64,000 nucleotides of DNA from Andalucia godoyi And28. Its lineage: Eukaryota > Protista > Jakobida. Where the stretch lies: the NCBI GenBank assembly GCA_009859145.1, contig VRVR01000047.1:4934-68933 (forward strand), read 5' to 3'. The translations under genes were made by a program, and so were the position numbers. Of the stretch, positions 20,908 to 30,829 are shown piece after piece; position 1 is the stretch's first letter, and every line of letters begins with the position of its first letter. The notes below the pieces were generated by a model. The model saw only the letters and a program-made list of their open reading frames with translations. It did not search any database and was not told the DNA's origin.

Positions 20908-22605
20908 TTAGGGGGTGAGCGCTGTGGTGTCTGTGCTGGGGCTGGTGCTGGTGCTAGCGGAACGTGATTCACGAAGGAGGGCTTTCAGCATTTTAAGGCC
21001 CATCCACAGGTAGTTGAGCTTGTTGACAGCAGCAAAACAGTCTCCGATGTCGTAGAAATCGACTTGGAGAATGGACGGAATGAGCGAGTTGTGCGACATG
21101 AACCAGTCGATGCGGCCCTCGAGCACGCGGAACTCATTTGCTTGTGCAGCAAGACTTGGAGAACCGGATGCGATTCCGAGAAGATAGTGGTGCAACATTA
21201 CGACACCCTCGTGGAGACTCAGCAGTGTTGGCGTGTCGTGCTCCGGGTCGAGGTCGACGTTGAACTCACTCACTGCGCAAAACTTGTATCGACTCTCAAT
21301 CAAGTGACACTTTGTAAACAGCAATCCGGCAATCGGCGAGTGCGGTTCATCGATAAACACAACAATCCGTCTTCGAAGACTTGCAACCAGGGACGCCTGC
21401 GATGGCCACGGTGCACATGGACTCGAGTGTTCATAGATTTCATCCGTCAGCCCTGCGTCTTCAAATGCTGCCGCAATGGTATTGTGGATCTCTTCCTTGG
21501 AGTACGACCCAGCGCCCATGACATTCAGCGCAAACAAGAGAACCGTGTCCGGATGGTCATCCAGAAACCCTCGAGCGGGCCTGAGAAAGTCCGCAAGAGG
21601 CTCGTTGGAGGGATCGATCAGCCGCGAAATGCCGCCGGAGTGGCACACATACGCACACTGATTGCCAATCGACGATGCCCGCTTTTTGAGCATGGTGCTC
21701 GACATGAATCGCGCGACCTCTTTTCCTACATTGCAAAACGAAAACTGAATCGGCAATTTGAATCCGCGAACGCCGTCGTGCAGCTGCGCCAGAAAGTCTC
21801 GCTGCTGGTTTGCCACGAAACTCGTTCCCTTTTTCAGCGCAGACGAATTGTGCGTCATGAGCACGCATCGCCGGTTAAGCGCCACATCCCGCAGGTCCCA
21901 ATCGATCATCTGAGTCAGTTCCGCGCTGCACTCGGTATACGGCATGCGGTAGACACGCTCGGCCGTCTTTGCAATGACCGGCGTGGGCCAAAAGACGCGG
22001 TCCGGACCCACGGCACTGGACTCGTACGACCGCGGGATGCAGATCGAGACATGCATGTATCCCGACCAAAACGAACCATCCACCTTTGCCTTTGTTCCCT
22101 TGTCATCGCAAATCAGTCGGAGCCGGCTGTGCGGGACTTCGACCAGAAATTCGCGCCGAACGGCATAGATGGTGCCGGCTGGTGGCAGCACGTCAGACTT
22201 GCAACCGCTGACAACATCGCCCATGACCACATACTCGTTGGGGGCCGGCGAGACGCCCTTCCACACGCTGCAGTCCCCATCCGCCCGCGTGCCTGCGTCG
22301 GTCCACTGCAGTGCATACTCTACGACAGGCACTGCAAAGCGGGGGTCGTTGACACACACGAGGACCGGGACTCCCCGCGAGGAACTCGGGTCGTGGAACC
22401 CCCGCAGAACCACATGGCTCACCTGTACCCACCCAGGCTGCAAATGCGAAATATCCGGCACACACAAGCTCCACTTCCCGTCGTACTTTGGTATGCCTTT
22501 GGTCGTCCACACCGTCCGTAGCGGACACTCCACGATTCGAAACGGATACAGAAGACCGCCGTCCCGCAGCACGGTTTCGTAGTCGGAAGCACCCAACAGC
22601 TCCAT
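20908..22605 (-). CDS. Vps62/MABP-like N-terminal domain fused to a PI-PLC X-box-like phosphodiesterase domain
   Basis: SVWKGVSPAPNEYVVMGDVV (Vps62-like) followed by LMTHNS...NQ...QLHDGVRGFKL and ILQVDFY (PLC-like PDE). Confidence 0.7.
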   Translation of the reverse strand: MELLGASDYETVLRDGGLLYPFRIVECPLRTVWTTKGIPKYDGKWSLCVPDISHLQPGWVQVSHVVLRGFHDPSSSRGVPVLVCVNDPRFAVPVVEYALQWTDAGTRADGDCSVWKGVSPAPNEYVVMGDVVSGCKSDVLPPAGTIYAVRREFLVEVPHSRLRLICDDKGTKAKVDGSFWSGYMHVSICIPRSYESSAVGPDRVFWPTPVIAKTAERVYRMPYTECSAELTQMIDWDLRDVALNRRCVLMTHNSSALKKGTSFVANQQRDFLAQLHDGVRGFKLPIQFSFCNVGKEVARFMSSTMLKKRASSIGNQCAYVCHSGGISRLIDPSNEPLADFLRPARGFLDDHPDTVLLFALNVMGAGSYSKEEIHNTIAAAFEDAGLTDEIYEHSSPCAPWPSQASLVASLRRRIVVFIDEPHSPIAGLLFTKCHLIESRYKFCAVSEFNVDLDPEHDTPTLLSLHEGVVMLHHYLLGIASGSPSLAAQANEFRVLEGRIDWFMSHNSLIPSILQVDFYDIGDCFAAVNKLNYLWMGLKMLKALLRESRSASTSTSPSTDTTALTP

Positions 22606-22858
22606 TCCGAATGCAACTGCTAGCACTGAAAGGAAAACACCCGAACCCCCGAAACCTTCCCCTCAGTTAGTCACTCTCCCACCCCTTCTCCGTTTCCCTC
22701 TTCCTCTGCGTCCCACGCGTCGTGCATGCATCAGAAAAGCGCACCTCTCCGACGGAGTTTCCCTCGAACCTTTTCTCCCGATTCAGTCCGCAGTGTCAAT
22801 TGATGCTTTCAGAATTCCCAAAACCTCTGCCTTGCTGTGCAAGACGTGTCGCCGTTTC

Positions 22859-23347
22859 CCGACACTAGCACGTTTGTTTCATAGGGAATTCGTGCTTACG
22901 CACGCTCGGCCAGAATTCAGCCGGTGACACAGGCTCTGCATTTTCGACACTCTTTAACGCAGCATCCGTAGCCATCTATCATTCTATCATTCGTTGGTTT
23001 CATTTTTTTATTCAAATATGGGCGTGTGTGCGCTGGGATGACGCATTCGCCTACGCCTACGCCACTCGACACAGGGCCTCCTAGGTCCCGCAGACCTACT
23101 AAGAGACCACGTGTCACTACGCCTGCTGCTAGGGCCGTCAGAATCAAAATGCACCCTTCTCAAGAACAACGTGTCACGCTGAGAAAGTGGCTCACCGATT
23201 GATCGAGATTGGAACGGAGCGCGGAACATTTATCTGAAGAACGCCGTGAGGCGTGTTAGGGACCTATCCCGTTCCCGGCAACGGGATGCAAGATTGGATA
23301 TGCATGTCTATTCGTAGATATGCAGCATGTTCAGTTTATAATGTAGG
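22859..23347 (+). mobile_element. Non-autonomous IS607-like/Fanzor2 element, copy A2
   Basis: ORF 23038-23202 MTHSPTPTPLDTGPPRSRRPTKRPRVTTPAARAVRIKMHPSQEQRVTLRKWLTD is joined out of frame to IDRDWNGARNIYLKN (23198-23242). It ends AATGTAGG and is an inverted homolog of 4087-4468. Confidence 0.9.
23220..23347 (+). ncRNA. Candidate Fanzor omegaRNA scaffold (A2)
   Basis: GGGA-CCTA-TCCC hairpin (23259-23270), 10-bp UUCG hairpin (23301-23324), and terminal GTAGG complementary to the CCTA loop. Confidence 0.65.
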
Positions 23348-23516
23348 AGCTCGTCTTTGATGTTTTGTCTGCTGGAGGGTTCGATTATAAATAATTAGAA
23401 ACAAGCAGAAAATACTGGACTTGACTACGGTAGGAACATCGCGTCCCCCACAGATTTAGATAGACAGGCTTTTGATATGATGCTGTTTGATGTTTATACA
23501 CGAAACGGCCAACCGT
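23346..23516. repeat. Dispersed repeat family C, copy C3 (partial), abutting element A2
   Basis: Shares GGAGC, GAGGGTTCGATTAT, AACAAGCAGAAA and GACTTGACTACGGTA blocks with C1 and/or C2. Confidence 0.7.
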
Positions 23517-23615
23517 CTGCACGTCTTCACTCGTTTCTTTTCTGTCGTTCTCTGTTACTCTCTGTGTCGCTCTTCTACCTCTGTGTGTGTGTGTGTGTGT
23601 GTGCTTTTGTTGTGC

Positions 23616-25529
23616 ATGAGTGGGACGAGTAGCGGATGGATAGCGAGTCCATCGCCGCCGCAGCCGCAACCGCAACAGCCGATATCGCAGTCGGATCTGT
23701 CGCTGACAGTTACTCTTCCGCCGCTTCTTTCGCACATCTTGAACGCTCTACAACAGTCTATTGGCGCGTCGAATGTGCGGATCGATGAATTAGAGGCGCT
23801 TTGCGACACCAAGGCTCCAAAGCAAGAGACGCTGCAAGCACTGGCCAATGCAGTGAAGCAGTGGAAAGAGGAGCATAATCGCGATCTGGTTGGTCTGGAA
23901 ACACGATTCAAGGAGAATGTTAATAACACGATTTTGGATGTGGAAAAGAGGTTTCAAAACGAATTTGACAGGCTTGCAGGGCTGCAATTGCAGAGGGAGC
24001 TGCAGAGGGAAGAGCAGCTGCGATCGTGGGTAACGGGAGAGGTTGTGGACAACGTGCTGCAAAGAGTTGCAAAGATGATGGACGATGCACGTACGGAAGA
24101 TGCACGGAAGGTGTCTGCGAGCGTTCAGCATCTGACGAAGCGAGTGCTGGATGCGGAGACCGCACTCGCTGCGTACATCGATACAGAACAAGGACGAAAA
24201 GTGCGCGAACGGCAGGAACTTGAAGAGCGCGTGAACAAGATCGTGTTGGAGGGAATGGCGCAGGCCAAGGAGGAGGCAATCCGCAAAGTCCAGGATGAGA
24301 TCGTCCCGCGCATTGTGCTGCAAGTGCGCGAAGAAATGAACAGACTCGTGCAAGCCCTCGTGAATGCGCAGGTACAAGCATTGATGGACGCGCACGCAAA
24401 GAGCGCAAAACAGGAGCGAGAGTCTTTTGAAGCGCGCATGGGCGGATGCGAAGGACAGCTCGCCAATTTGGCAGCGTTTGTAGGCCAGCTGCGCGCGAGC
24501 TTGGAAGGCCAGACAGAACAAGATGCCCGGGCTGCCAGTGATTTGCAAAAGAAACTTGCGTCGTTTCAGTCCAAGTTCGACTCGCTGCAGGCCGGGTTGG
24601 AGTTCGTCACTTCGCGGTTCATGGAAATGGAGTCGTCGCTCGGGGACAATATCCGCAAGCTGGCAAGTGCGGGAGGTGAGGGTGGTGCGAGCGGGGCGGC
24701 TGCGACGGAATTGCGACGGCGATTGGATGCTCTGCAGATGGAGACCGAGAGAATGAGTGGCATCATCGAGCCTATCCACCATTTCCACGTTTCAGAGTAT
24801 CCTGGCTGGAAATCCGGAGTCGAGAGGACGCAAAACGAGCTCGATGCAATGGTGAGAGCGCAGTTTGAACTTGTCAGCCTGCAGTTCCAGGATTTGTTGC
24901 AGAAGGTCAATCAGTCTGAATCCGCAGCTGCACGCAAGTCGGGAATATCGGCCCTTGCAGAATCGTTGACATCGCTGGAACGCGAGCTGCGTGATGAATC
25001 CGACGCTCGGAACGCTGCAGTCGAAAATGTACTGCAATTGCAGCATCATATGAGAAAACAGCTTCTGAATGAACTTGACGACTTTGCGAGGTGGGATGAT
25101 GTGCAGAAGGCCTTGTGGAACAAAGTTGACCGGTCGGAATGGCCCATGGCCCTGAGCACTTCGAACGCTGTCAGCAGCGCGGGTGGCCCAACTGCGGAAT
25201 CACACTGCGTCAGCTGTCACCAACCGTATGAACGTGCACTGATGACTCCAAGAGGTGCCGCTTCGTCTCGATCGCGAGCCGGCAGCACCGGAAGCGCTCC
25301 GCAGCAAAGTCGGCCGTCTAGCAGCAGATCCATTGGATCTCTGCCAAGTTTACCGGGGACGCTTTCGAATTCTGCCAGCAGACCAACATCCGCCACCGTA
25401 CAGCGGCCTCCTTCTGCATCGCACGGTCACGGGCAAGGACATGTTCCGCATCCTCCAAGCCACCCGCAAGGTGCCTCCGCTGCCCAACGATCTTATCAAC
25501 TGTCGTCTGTTCGCGACTTGCTGCAGTAA
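23616..25529 (+). CDS. Coiled-coil protein with C-terminal CxxC (CVSCHQP) and Ser-rich tail
   Basis: Long ORF with heptad repeats; ATG follows a (TG)n tract. Confidence 0.8.
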   Translation: MSGTSSGWIASPSPPQPQPQQPISQSDLSLTVTLPPLLSHILNALQQSIGASNVRIDELEALCDTKAPKQETLQALANAVKQWKEEHNRDLVGLETRFKENVNNTILDVEKRFQNEFDRLAGLQLQRELQREEQLRSWVTGEVVDNVLQRVAKMMDDARTEDARKVSASVQHLTKRVLDAETALAAYIDTEQGRKVRERQELEERVNKIVLEGMAQAKEEAIRKVQDEIVPRIVLQVREEMNRLVQALVNAQVQALMDAHAKSAKQERESFEARMGGCEGQLANLAAFVGQLRASLEGQTEQDARAASDLQKKLASFQSKFDSLQAGLEFVTSRFMEMESSLGDNIRKLASAGGEGGASGAAATELRRRLDALQMETERMSGIIEPIHHFHVSEYPGWKSGVERTQNELDAMVRAQFELVSLQFQDLLQKVNQSESAAARKSGISALAESLTSLERELRDESDARNAAVENVLQLQHHMRKQLLNELDDFARWDDVQKALWNKVDRSEWPMALSTSNAVSSAGGPTAESHCVSCHQPYERALMTPRGAASSRSRAGSTGSAPQQSRPSSSRSIGSLPSLPGTLSNSASRPTSATVQRPPSASHGHGQGHVPHPPSHPQGASAAQRSYQLSSVRDLLQ

Positions 25530-25662
25530 CGTCTCTTTTTGTTGTTTTTTAATTGTGTTTTTTATTAATTTGCTTTATTGTACATTATTTAAAGTTTTTG
25601 GATGCGTTTATGTCGCATAGGAAAAGAAGAAAAAAGAAAAAAAAGAAAAAAAGAAGACGACG

Positions 25663-28473
25663 TTACTTTCCAGAGGCGAACTTCACATCCGACACGATTT
25701 GGAAAAACTCCTTCTTGACTTCCTGTTCTCGGGACGACTTTGAAGAAGTCATGTGGGTGGAAGAGGGTCGATGCACAAGGCTGCCCGCTGATATTCTGTG
25801 TTTCTGCGGAGTGCTCTGTGATGAAGAGAGAGCGAGAGCGATATCTGTCGGATTCAGCTGTCCAAGAGCTGTGGACGGCCGGCCGCGACTGATCATCCGC
25901 ATGCCACCGCCAAGACCAGGGCCAGGAGACGGCGACACGGCAAGCGCTGACAAGGTTCGCGGAATCGGAGACGCAGCACTGGTAGCATTCCAACCTCCAA
26001 AAGAATTTCCCATGCTGAGAACAGCTTTTCCAGGAGTTGCAGCAATCAGTCGAGCAGAGTCATGCATCAGAGGCTCTTTTCCTCTGTTACTCGAGGAACT
26101 GTTGGCAGACGGATGCGCGGTCGTCGGTCGCTTGCTCACGGCCATCGACTGGGTTCGAGGAAGATGGACAGCAGCTTTGAGCGGAGAAGACTGGATAGAC
26201 AGCGATGATGAGTGGAGAGAAAAATCTTGCAGAAGTCCGGGAGAGGAACTTGGCCGCTGGAGATGGCTGCCGTTGGGTGGAACATGAGCGTTGGTGGGAC
26301 TTGGAGTCCTTGCGCGCATCTTGCCTGCGTTCTCCGGGAGTGTGTCGTACTGGAAAGAAAAGTCACCGGCTGACTGCTTGGAGCCGCGTGGATCCGGACT
26401 GAGAGAGCGGATGTCCAGCGGCGAGCGGATCTTCGATCTGGACATGGCTTCTTGCCCAAGAGTTCGTCCGTCAAACGTTCGCAGTATAAGCTGATCGCTG
26501 TCCAAAATCATTGATCTTGCCACACCCGGGAAGAACGGTTCAGATGCACCAACAGTGGCCGTCAAGTTCAGACCGCTTTCCTCTCCCTCGCTGCGCTCCG
26601 GTCGATCATATACTCCTCTGGATCGAAGGACACGCGCAATTTCTTCTCGTCTCCGTTCTTCTGCTCGAGCGCGAAGAGCTGCGAGATGCTCAAAATGCAG
26701 TCGCGCACGCGCTAGAATCCGGTCAAAGACGTTGAGAGCTGCAATCTGCCTCTTGAGTCTATCCAAGTCGCTTTCCTCCACAGGCGGAACAGGCATCGAT
26801 GCAGAGTGTCGCATTTCTTCGAGTTCGCTGCTGATGCGCTGAGCGTCGTCAAGAGCCTTTGCATCAGACTGGTCAACAAGGGATGGACCGCTGCCTCGAC
26901 TCGCTGCTGCTGCCGCCGCCGCTGCTGCTGCTGCTGCATTGGCCTGATCCAGACGACTTCGCATTTCTACGGTAGCAGCTTCCAGCTTGCGGTTGTGCGC
27001 CGTAAGCTCATCCACTTCTCGCTCCAACTGGGAGATCCTGGACTCCTTGCCTTTGAGTTCCGCGGCCCACTGCTTTCTTTCTTGCTCGAAATTTGCCTCC
27101 AGATTCCGCAAACGTTCTTCGAGTGCCTCCACTGCTGCCGCCGCTCCCTCTGCTTTCGCCCTCCATTTTTCGGTTTCTTCCTGCATTTCCCTCTGAATTG
27201 CTTCGTGTTTTTCTTCGAGCTCAGCAATTCGCCGGGCCATTTCGTCTTCGAGTTCCTGGCGCAGAGCATCCAGCTTCGTCTGCGTTTCCTCCAGAAGCCG
27301 GGCGATTTCCGCCTGCAAGGTCTCAATTTGTTCCTCAGCTCCAGCAAGTTTGTCACGCAAGGACTCCAGTCTTCCTTCATACTCTTCGGCCTGGCGCTCC
27401 ATTTCTTCTCGATGGTCGTCAATCATTTGGTTTTTCTCATCTTCGAAAGCCTGCGCCTGTCTCTTGATCTCGGTTTCCAATTCAACGAGCCGCTTCTTCG
27501 CACCACGGAGTTCCTCGGTTGTCCTTTGTCGCTCCTCTTCGAATTCCTGCCTCATTCGATCCTGCTCCTCCTTGTTCTCTTCATCCTTGTCCTGCAGTCG
27601 TTTCTGAAACTGCTGTTGCAGAGCTTCTCGCTGCTTTTCCATTTCCTGCTGCAGTGTCTCTCGGAGCTTCGCCATGGGATTCGCACCGTCCTCTTCGAAC
27701 ATCACCTTGACAACATCAAATAACGAAAATGTCTCTGGAATATACGCGTCTTTTCTCCCAGCAGCTTTGAACAGCTGTTCTCGAAGTAAACACACTTCCT
27801 TGTACAGCGTCTCGCGAATGTATTCCAACACCCGGTCTCGTCGCACGAGTTTCCCCTTTTGCACGTTCATCTGCACTTCCTTTTCTCCCAGCAACGCTTC
27901 CAGTTCCTGGTTCTTCCTTGCCATTTTTGCCAAGTAATCCTCCATCGTCAGCGGCACCAAGGCATCCGCACCCGGTTTTTTCGAATGCAGAGGAGACCCT
28001 GTGCCGGACTGCGAGTATGGGTGCAAGTGTGGATGCTGTGCTGAATACGACAATGACGCCGAGGCCGACGACGAGAAACTGTGATGACCGATGATCGGGT
28101 GATGCGGCGGAGGTGCAGGTGCCGGTGCAGTGCCGCCGCTGCCGCTTGGAATCGGGACGAGTTCCGATGAAATGCGGCCGAAATTAGAGAGAATGTCCTT
28201 GATGGTGACTTCGACTGCCGCCGCCAAAGCCCGCTCTAGCATAAGTTGCCGCTCGATTAAAGGCCACGCTGGCATGTAGTTCTCTTCGGACTTAAGCACC
28301 AGGCTTACAAACCCAGACTTTAAATCCTGGCATTTGTCATCGAGAATATCAGCTAGTGCGCTAATCCGTCTTTCATGAATCGTCGCCATCGCCATCGCCA
28401 TCGTCGCACCCGTACCCGCACCCGTACCAGCCACAGCCTCGGGCGACATCTGGCTACCGTTGTGCGAATGCAT
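25663..28473 (-). CDS. Long coiled-coil protein (936 aa) with Ser/Pro-rich C-terminus
   Basis: ATG-initiated ORF with an extended E/Q/K/R heptad region. Confidence 0.8.
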   Translation of the reverse strand: MHSHNGSQMSPEAVAGTGAGTGATMAMAMATIHERRISALADILDDKCQDLKSGFVSLVLKSEENYMPAWPLIERQLMLERALAAAVEVTIKDILSNFGRISSELVPIPSGSGGTAPAPAPPPHHPIIGHHSFSSSASASLSYSAQHPHLHPYSQSGTGSPLHSKKPGADALVPLTMEDYLAKMARKNQELEALLGEKEVQMNVQKGKLVRRDRVLEYIRETLYKEVCLLREQLFKAAGRKDAYIPETFSLFDVVKVMFEEDGANPMAKLRETLQQEMEKQREALQQQFQKRLQDKDEENKEEQDRMRQEFEEERQRTTEELRGAKKRLVELETEIKRQAQAFEDEKNQMIDDHREEMERQAEEYEGRLESLRDKLAGAEEQIETLQAEIARLLEETQTKLDALRQELEDEMARRIAELEEKHEAIQREMQEETEKWRAKAEGAAAAVEALEERLRNLEANFEQERKQWAAELKGKESRISQLEREVDELTAHNRKLEAATVEMRSRLDQANAAAAAAAAAAAASRGSGPSLVDQSDAKALDDAQRISSELEEMRHSASMPVPPVEESDLDRLKRQIAALNVFDRILARARLHFEHLAALRARAEERRREEIARVLRSRGVYDRPERSEGEESGLNLTATVGASEPFFPGVARSMILDSDQLILRTFDGRTLGQEAMSRSKIRSPLDIRSLSPDPRGSKQSAGDFSFQYDTLPENAGKMRARTPSPTNAHVPPNGSHLQRPSSSPGLLQDFSLHSSSLSIQSSPLKAAVHLPRTQSMAVSKRPTTAHPSANSSSSNRGKEPLMHDSARLIAATPGKAVLSMGNSFGGWNATSAASPIPRTLSALAVSPSPGPGLGGGMRMISRGRPSTALGQLNPTDIALALSSSQSTPQKHRISAGSLVHRPSSTHMTSSKSSREQEVKKEFFQIVSDVKFASGK

Positions 28474-28861
28474 CTTCTCGCAATACGACCACCCGCCGCT
28501 CCTCTCAGGCGCTTCTGCGATTACTCGTTAAAAATCCTTTTTTATAAAATGATAAATGAATGTCCTACATAATGATCCTAAACGGAATAACAATAAGAAC
28601 GGGGGAAACAGAAACCGTCATGGAAAACTCGAGCCGTTCTCGAAATCAACGAAAACGGTAACCGCTGTAAAGTTTTGCCAAGCGAACTCCGTCTGGCCCT
28701 GGCGGACACCGGTTCGATTCCCGCACTCTTCCCACCTCTTTTTTTTTTTCCTCATCCTCTCGTTTTGATGTTGGTTTCTCTCGCTTCTTCTCCATTTTGC
28801 TTTACTCCTCTTCATTTATTACAACTTAAATTAAATAACAAACCGTAGAGTGTGATGTGGA

Positions 28862-29140
28862 ATGAGCGAGCATCCGAGGCGCTCCGTGCTACGCGAAGGA
28901 TTTGGATTCTTGGCGTCCGTGTTTAGCGGGCTTTCGGCTGCATTCACTCTGGGGAAGTCCCCGCTTCGCATCGCAGAACGAGTGTTTCCGAATCGTCCTC
29001 TTGTGCAGATTGTGGCTGCGGCTCCATTTTCGCTGTTTGCCATCGTCTCCGTGTCTGCGTTCTCTCGAGGCATTGTGGAAGGCGCGTTTGAAGCGTATGA
29101 ACAAGATCACAACAATCGTGTCCCGAGGAAACCTACATGA
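28862..29140 (+). CDS. Small putative membrane protein (92 aa)
   Basis: ATG ORF with two hydrophobic segments, placed after an AT-rich spacer. Confidence 0.4.
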   Translation: MSEHPRRSVLREGFGFLASVFSGLSAAFTLGKSPLRIAERVFPNRPLVQIVAAAPFSLFAIVSVSAFSRGIVEGAFEAYEQDHNNRVPRKPT

Positions 29141-29219
29141 CAGCGTGCGGCCGGGGTATTTGGAGCTGAGGAGAAAGGACACTCGTGACTCATAGATCAT
29201 GGGTTCTTGCTGGATGCAT

Positions 29220-30068
29220 CTAGCCGTTGGAGTTTCGCAACCTGTCAATCTCTTCGACGAGTTCGCGGATCAGTCCTTGCTGAAGAAATCCGTACATTGC
29301 AATGCGATCTGATGGCTGCAGCCGCGCCGCGATGCTCCCAACCGCCTTTTCAATCACGCCTGACACAGCAACAGCGGGGCCTCTTGCGCTCCCCAGCGCA
29401 CCACCACCCGTTGCATTTGTCGAAACATTCCACTGCGCCATGCTTGCTGGAAAATGTCCACCGGCGCTCTCGTTGTTGCTATTCATACTTGGATTGGGAT
29501 AGGAATTGGGATTGACGTGGTGACCGGAGGCGGCTGCAGGGTTGGAGAGAGACCTGTAGGCGCGGAGCCTCTGGTCTGCAGTGTACTTTTCTTCTCTCCA
29601 GCCACACTTCCTGTAGTAGTCGCCCGCGATGGTTTCAAACAATTTCTTATTTGCGTCGTTGGACAGCAATGCAAGCACCAGTTCACGATGTGGAAACTGC
29701 TGCTGAGCAACCGTCGCAAGCTGTCTCTTTTCCGCAATCACAATTTCCGCCTGAGCAATCGCAGCTGCAAGCGTTGTGTAACGATCCAGCGCCGACAGGA
29801 ACAACGACTCGTGTGCAGTCCGGTGACTCGCAGGCTTCTCTCGGACCAGCCGCTCCTTTTCTGCCGCCGCAGACGCCTTCATTGCAACCCGCGTACACTG
29901 CTCAGAGTATCTGGATCGCGCATCCGCGTACAGCGAGTGCACAAGCCTTACATTCTCGGGATCACTCAGAAACTGCGTCGCAAGTACCGAAAACGGTGTG
30001 CTGAACGACCGGTACGACGCCATTCCGCTCGCATACTCTTCCAACTGCGATCCCAAATACCTCTCCAT
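29220..30068 (-). CDS. Hypothetical protein (282 aa)
   Basis: ATG-initiated ORF with a helical N-half, flanked by AT-rich intergenic DNA. Confidence 0.7.
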   Translation of the reverse strand: MERYLGSQLEEYASGMASYRSFSTPFSVLATQFLSDPENVRLVHSLYADARSRYSEQCTRVAMKASAAAEKERLVREKPASHRTAHESLFLSALDRYTTLAAAIAQAEIVIAEKRQLATVAQQQFPHRELVLALLSNDANKKLFETIAGDYYRKCGWREEKYTADQRLRAYRSLSNPAAASGHHVNPNSYPNPSMNSNNESAGGHFPASMAQWNVSTNATGGGALGSARGPAVAVSGVIEKAVGSIAARLQPSDRIAMYGFLQQGLIRELVEEIDRLRNSNG

Positions 30069-30191
30069 CTTTTCTTCTTTTTTTTAATCCTTAAAAAATA
30101 GCAAATGTATAAAATAAACAATCACAATCAACCCATGTAAAATGAGTGGTATTTGCAAAGTTGGAGAGAGAGAAAGGAAAGGAAAAATGAA

Positions 30192-30625
30192 ACGGTTGAC
30201 TGCTTTGTGTCTCGGTGTTGAACATCAGCAATGCGATATTCTTTACCGTAGTCAAGTCTGGAATTTCTTTCTTTCTTCACTTTATATTCTCTCTATCTAT
30301 TTCTGCTTGTTCTTCATAATCGAACCCTCAAGGACCCTTTCATTCAAGACAAAGGCAAAGCATCTCACGGCTCCAAAGGGGGGTCTTTCCCAACAAACTC
30401 ACAACCGGCCATGCCCGACGAAGCCGAGAACCAAGAAATCCGTTGATCCGCTTTCGTCGGAGGCGGAGAGAAAGAAGAAGCGATGAAACTTTGATGTAGA
30501 GCAATCTGCATTGAAGAGCTGGTGCTCATCCCAAATTAAAATAAAAACATGTGGCTTGGATCTATCTTTGGTGGCAGCTTAGCCGATGATGATCAATAAG
30601 GATTCATGTTTTGGCGAGCGGAATA
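30192..30625. repeat. Dispersed repeat family C, copy C2 (unclassified)
   Basis: Blockwise inverted homology to 7478-7968 and 23346-23516. Confidence 0.75.
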
Positions 30626-30829
30626 CTCGCTTCGATCTTCTGTGATGAGACAACGACTGTTGTTGACAGCCACGACCTTTGCGCATGTGCACTCGTCAGT
30701 TTGTTCTTTTTTCCCATTTCGTTTTGTTGTGTCAGGATATCAAATAAAAACTCTGTCGTGTTTAAATCTCATATTTACTTTTATTTGGCACCACGTAGCC
30801 ACACTTCGGTAGCCAAAGGTCGCTGCACG

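Noticed and set aside
21064-22521. 485-aa plus-strand ORF (likewise 14369-15718, 8019-8948, 26806-27723, 57417-58262)
   Set aside because: These are antisense shadows of well-supported genes, with no recognisable motifs.
28670-28735. tRNA/tmRNA-like GGTTCGATTCCCG motif
   Set aside because: The T-stem pairs poorly and no acceptor stem or anticodon arm could be built. At most it is an isolated B-box-like sequence.
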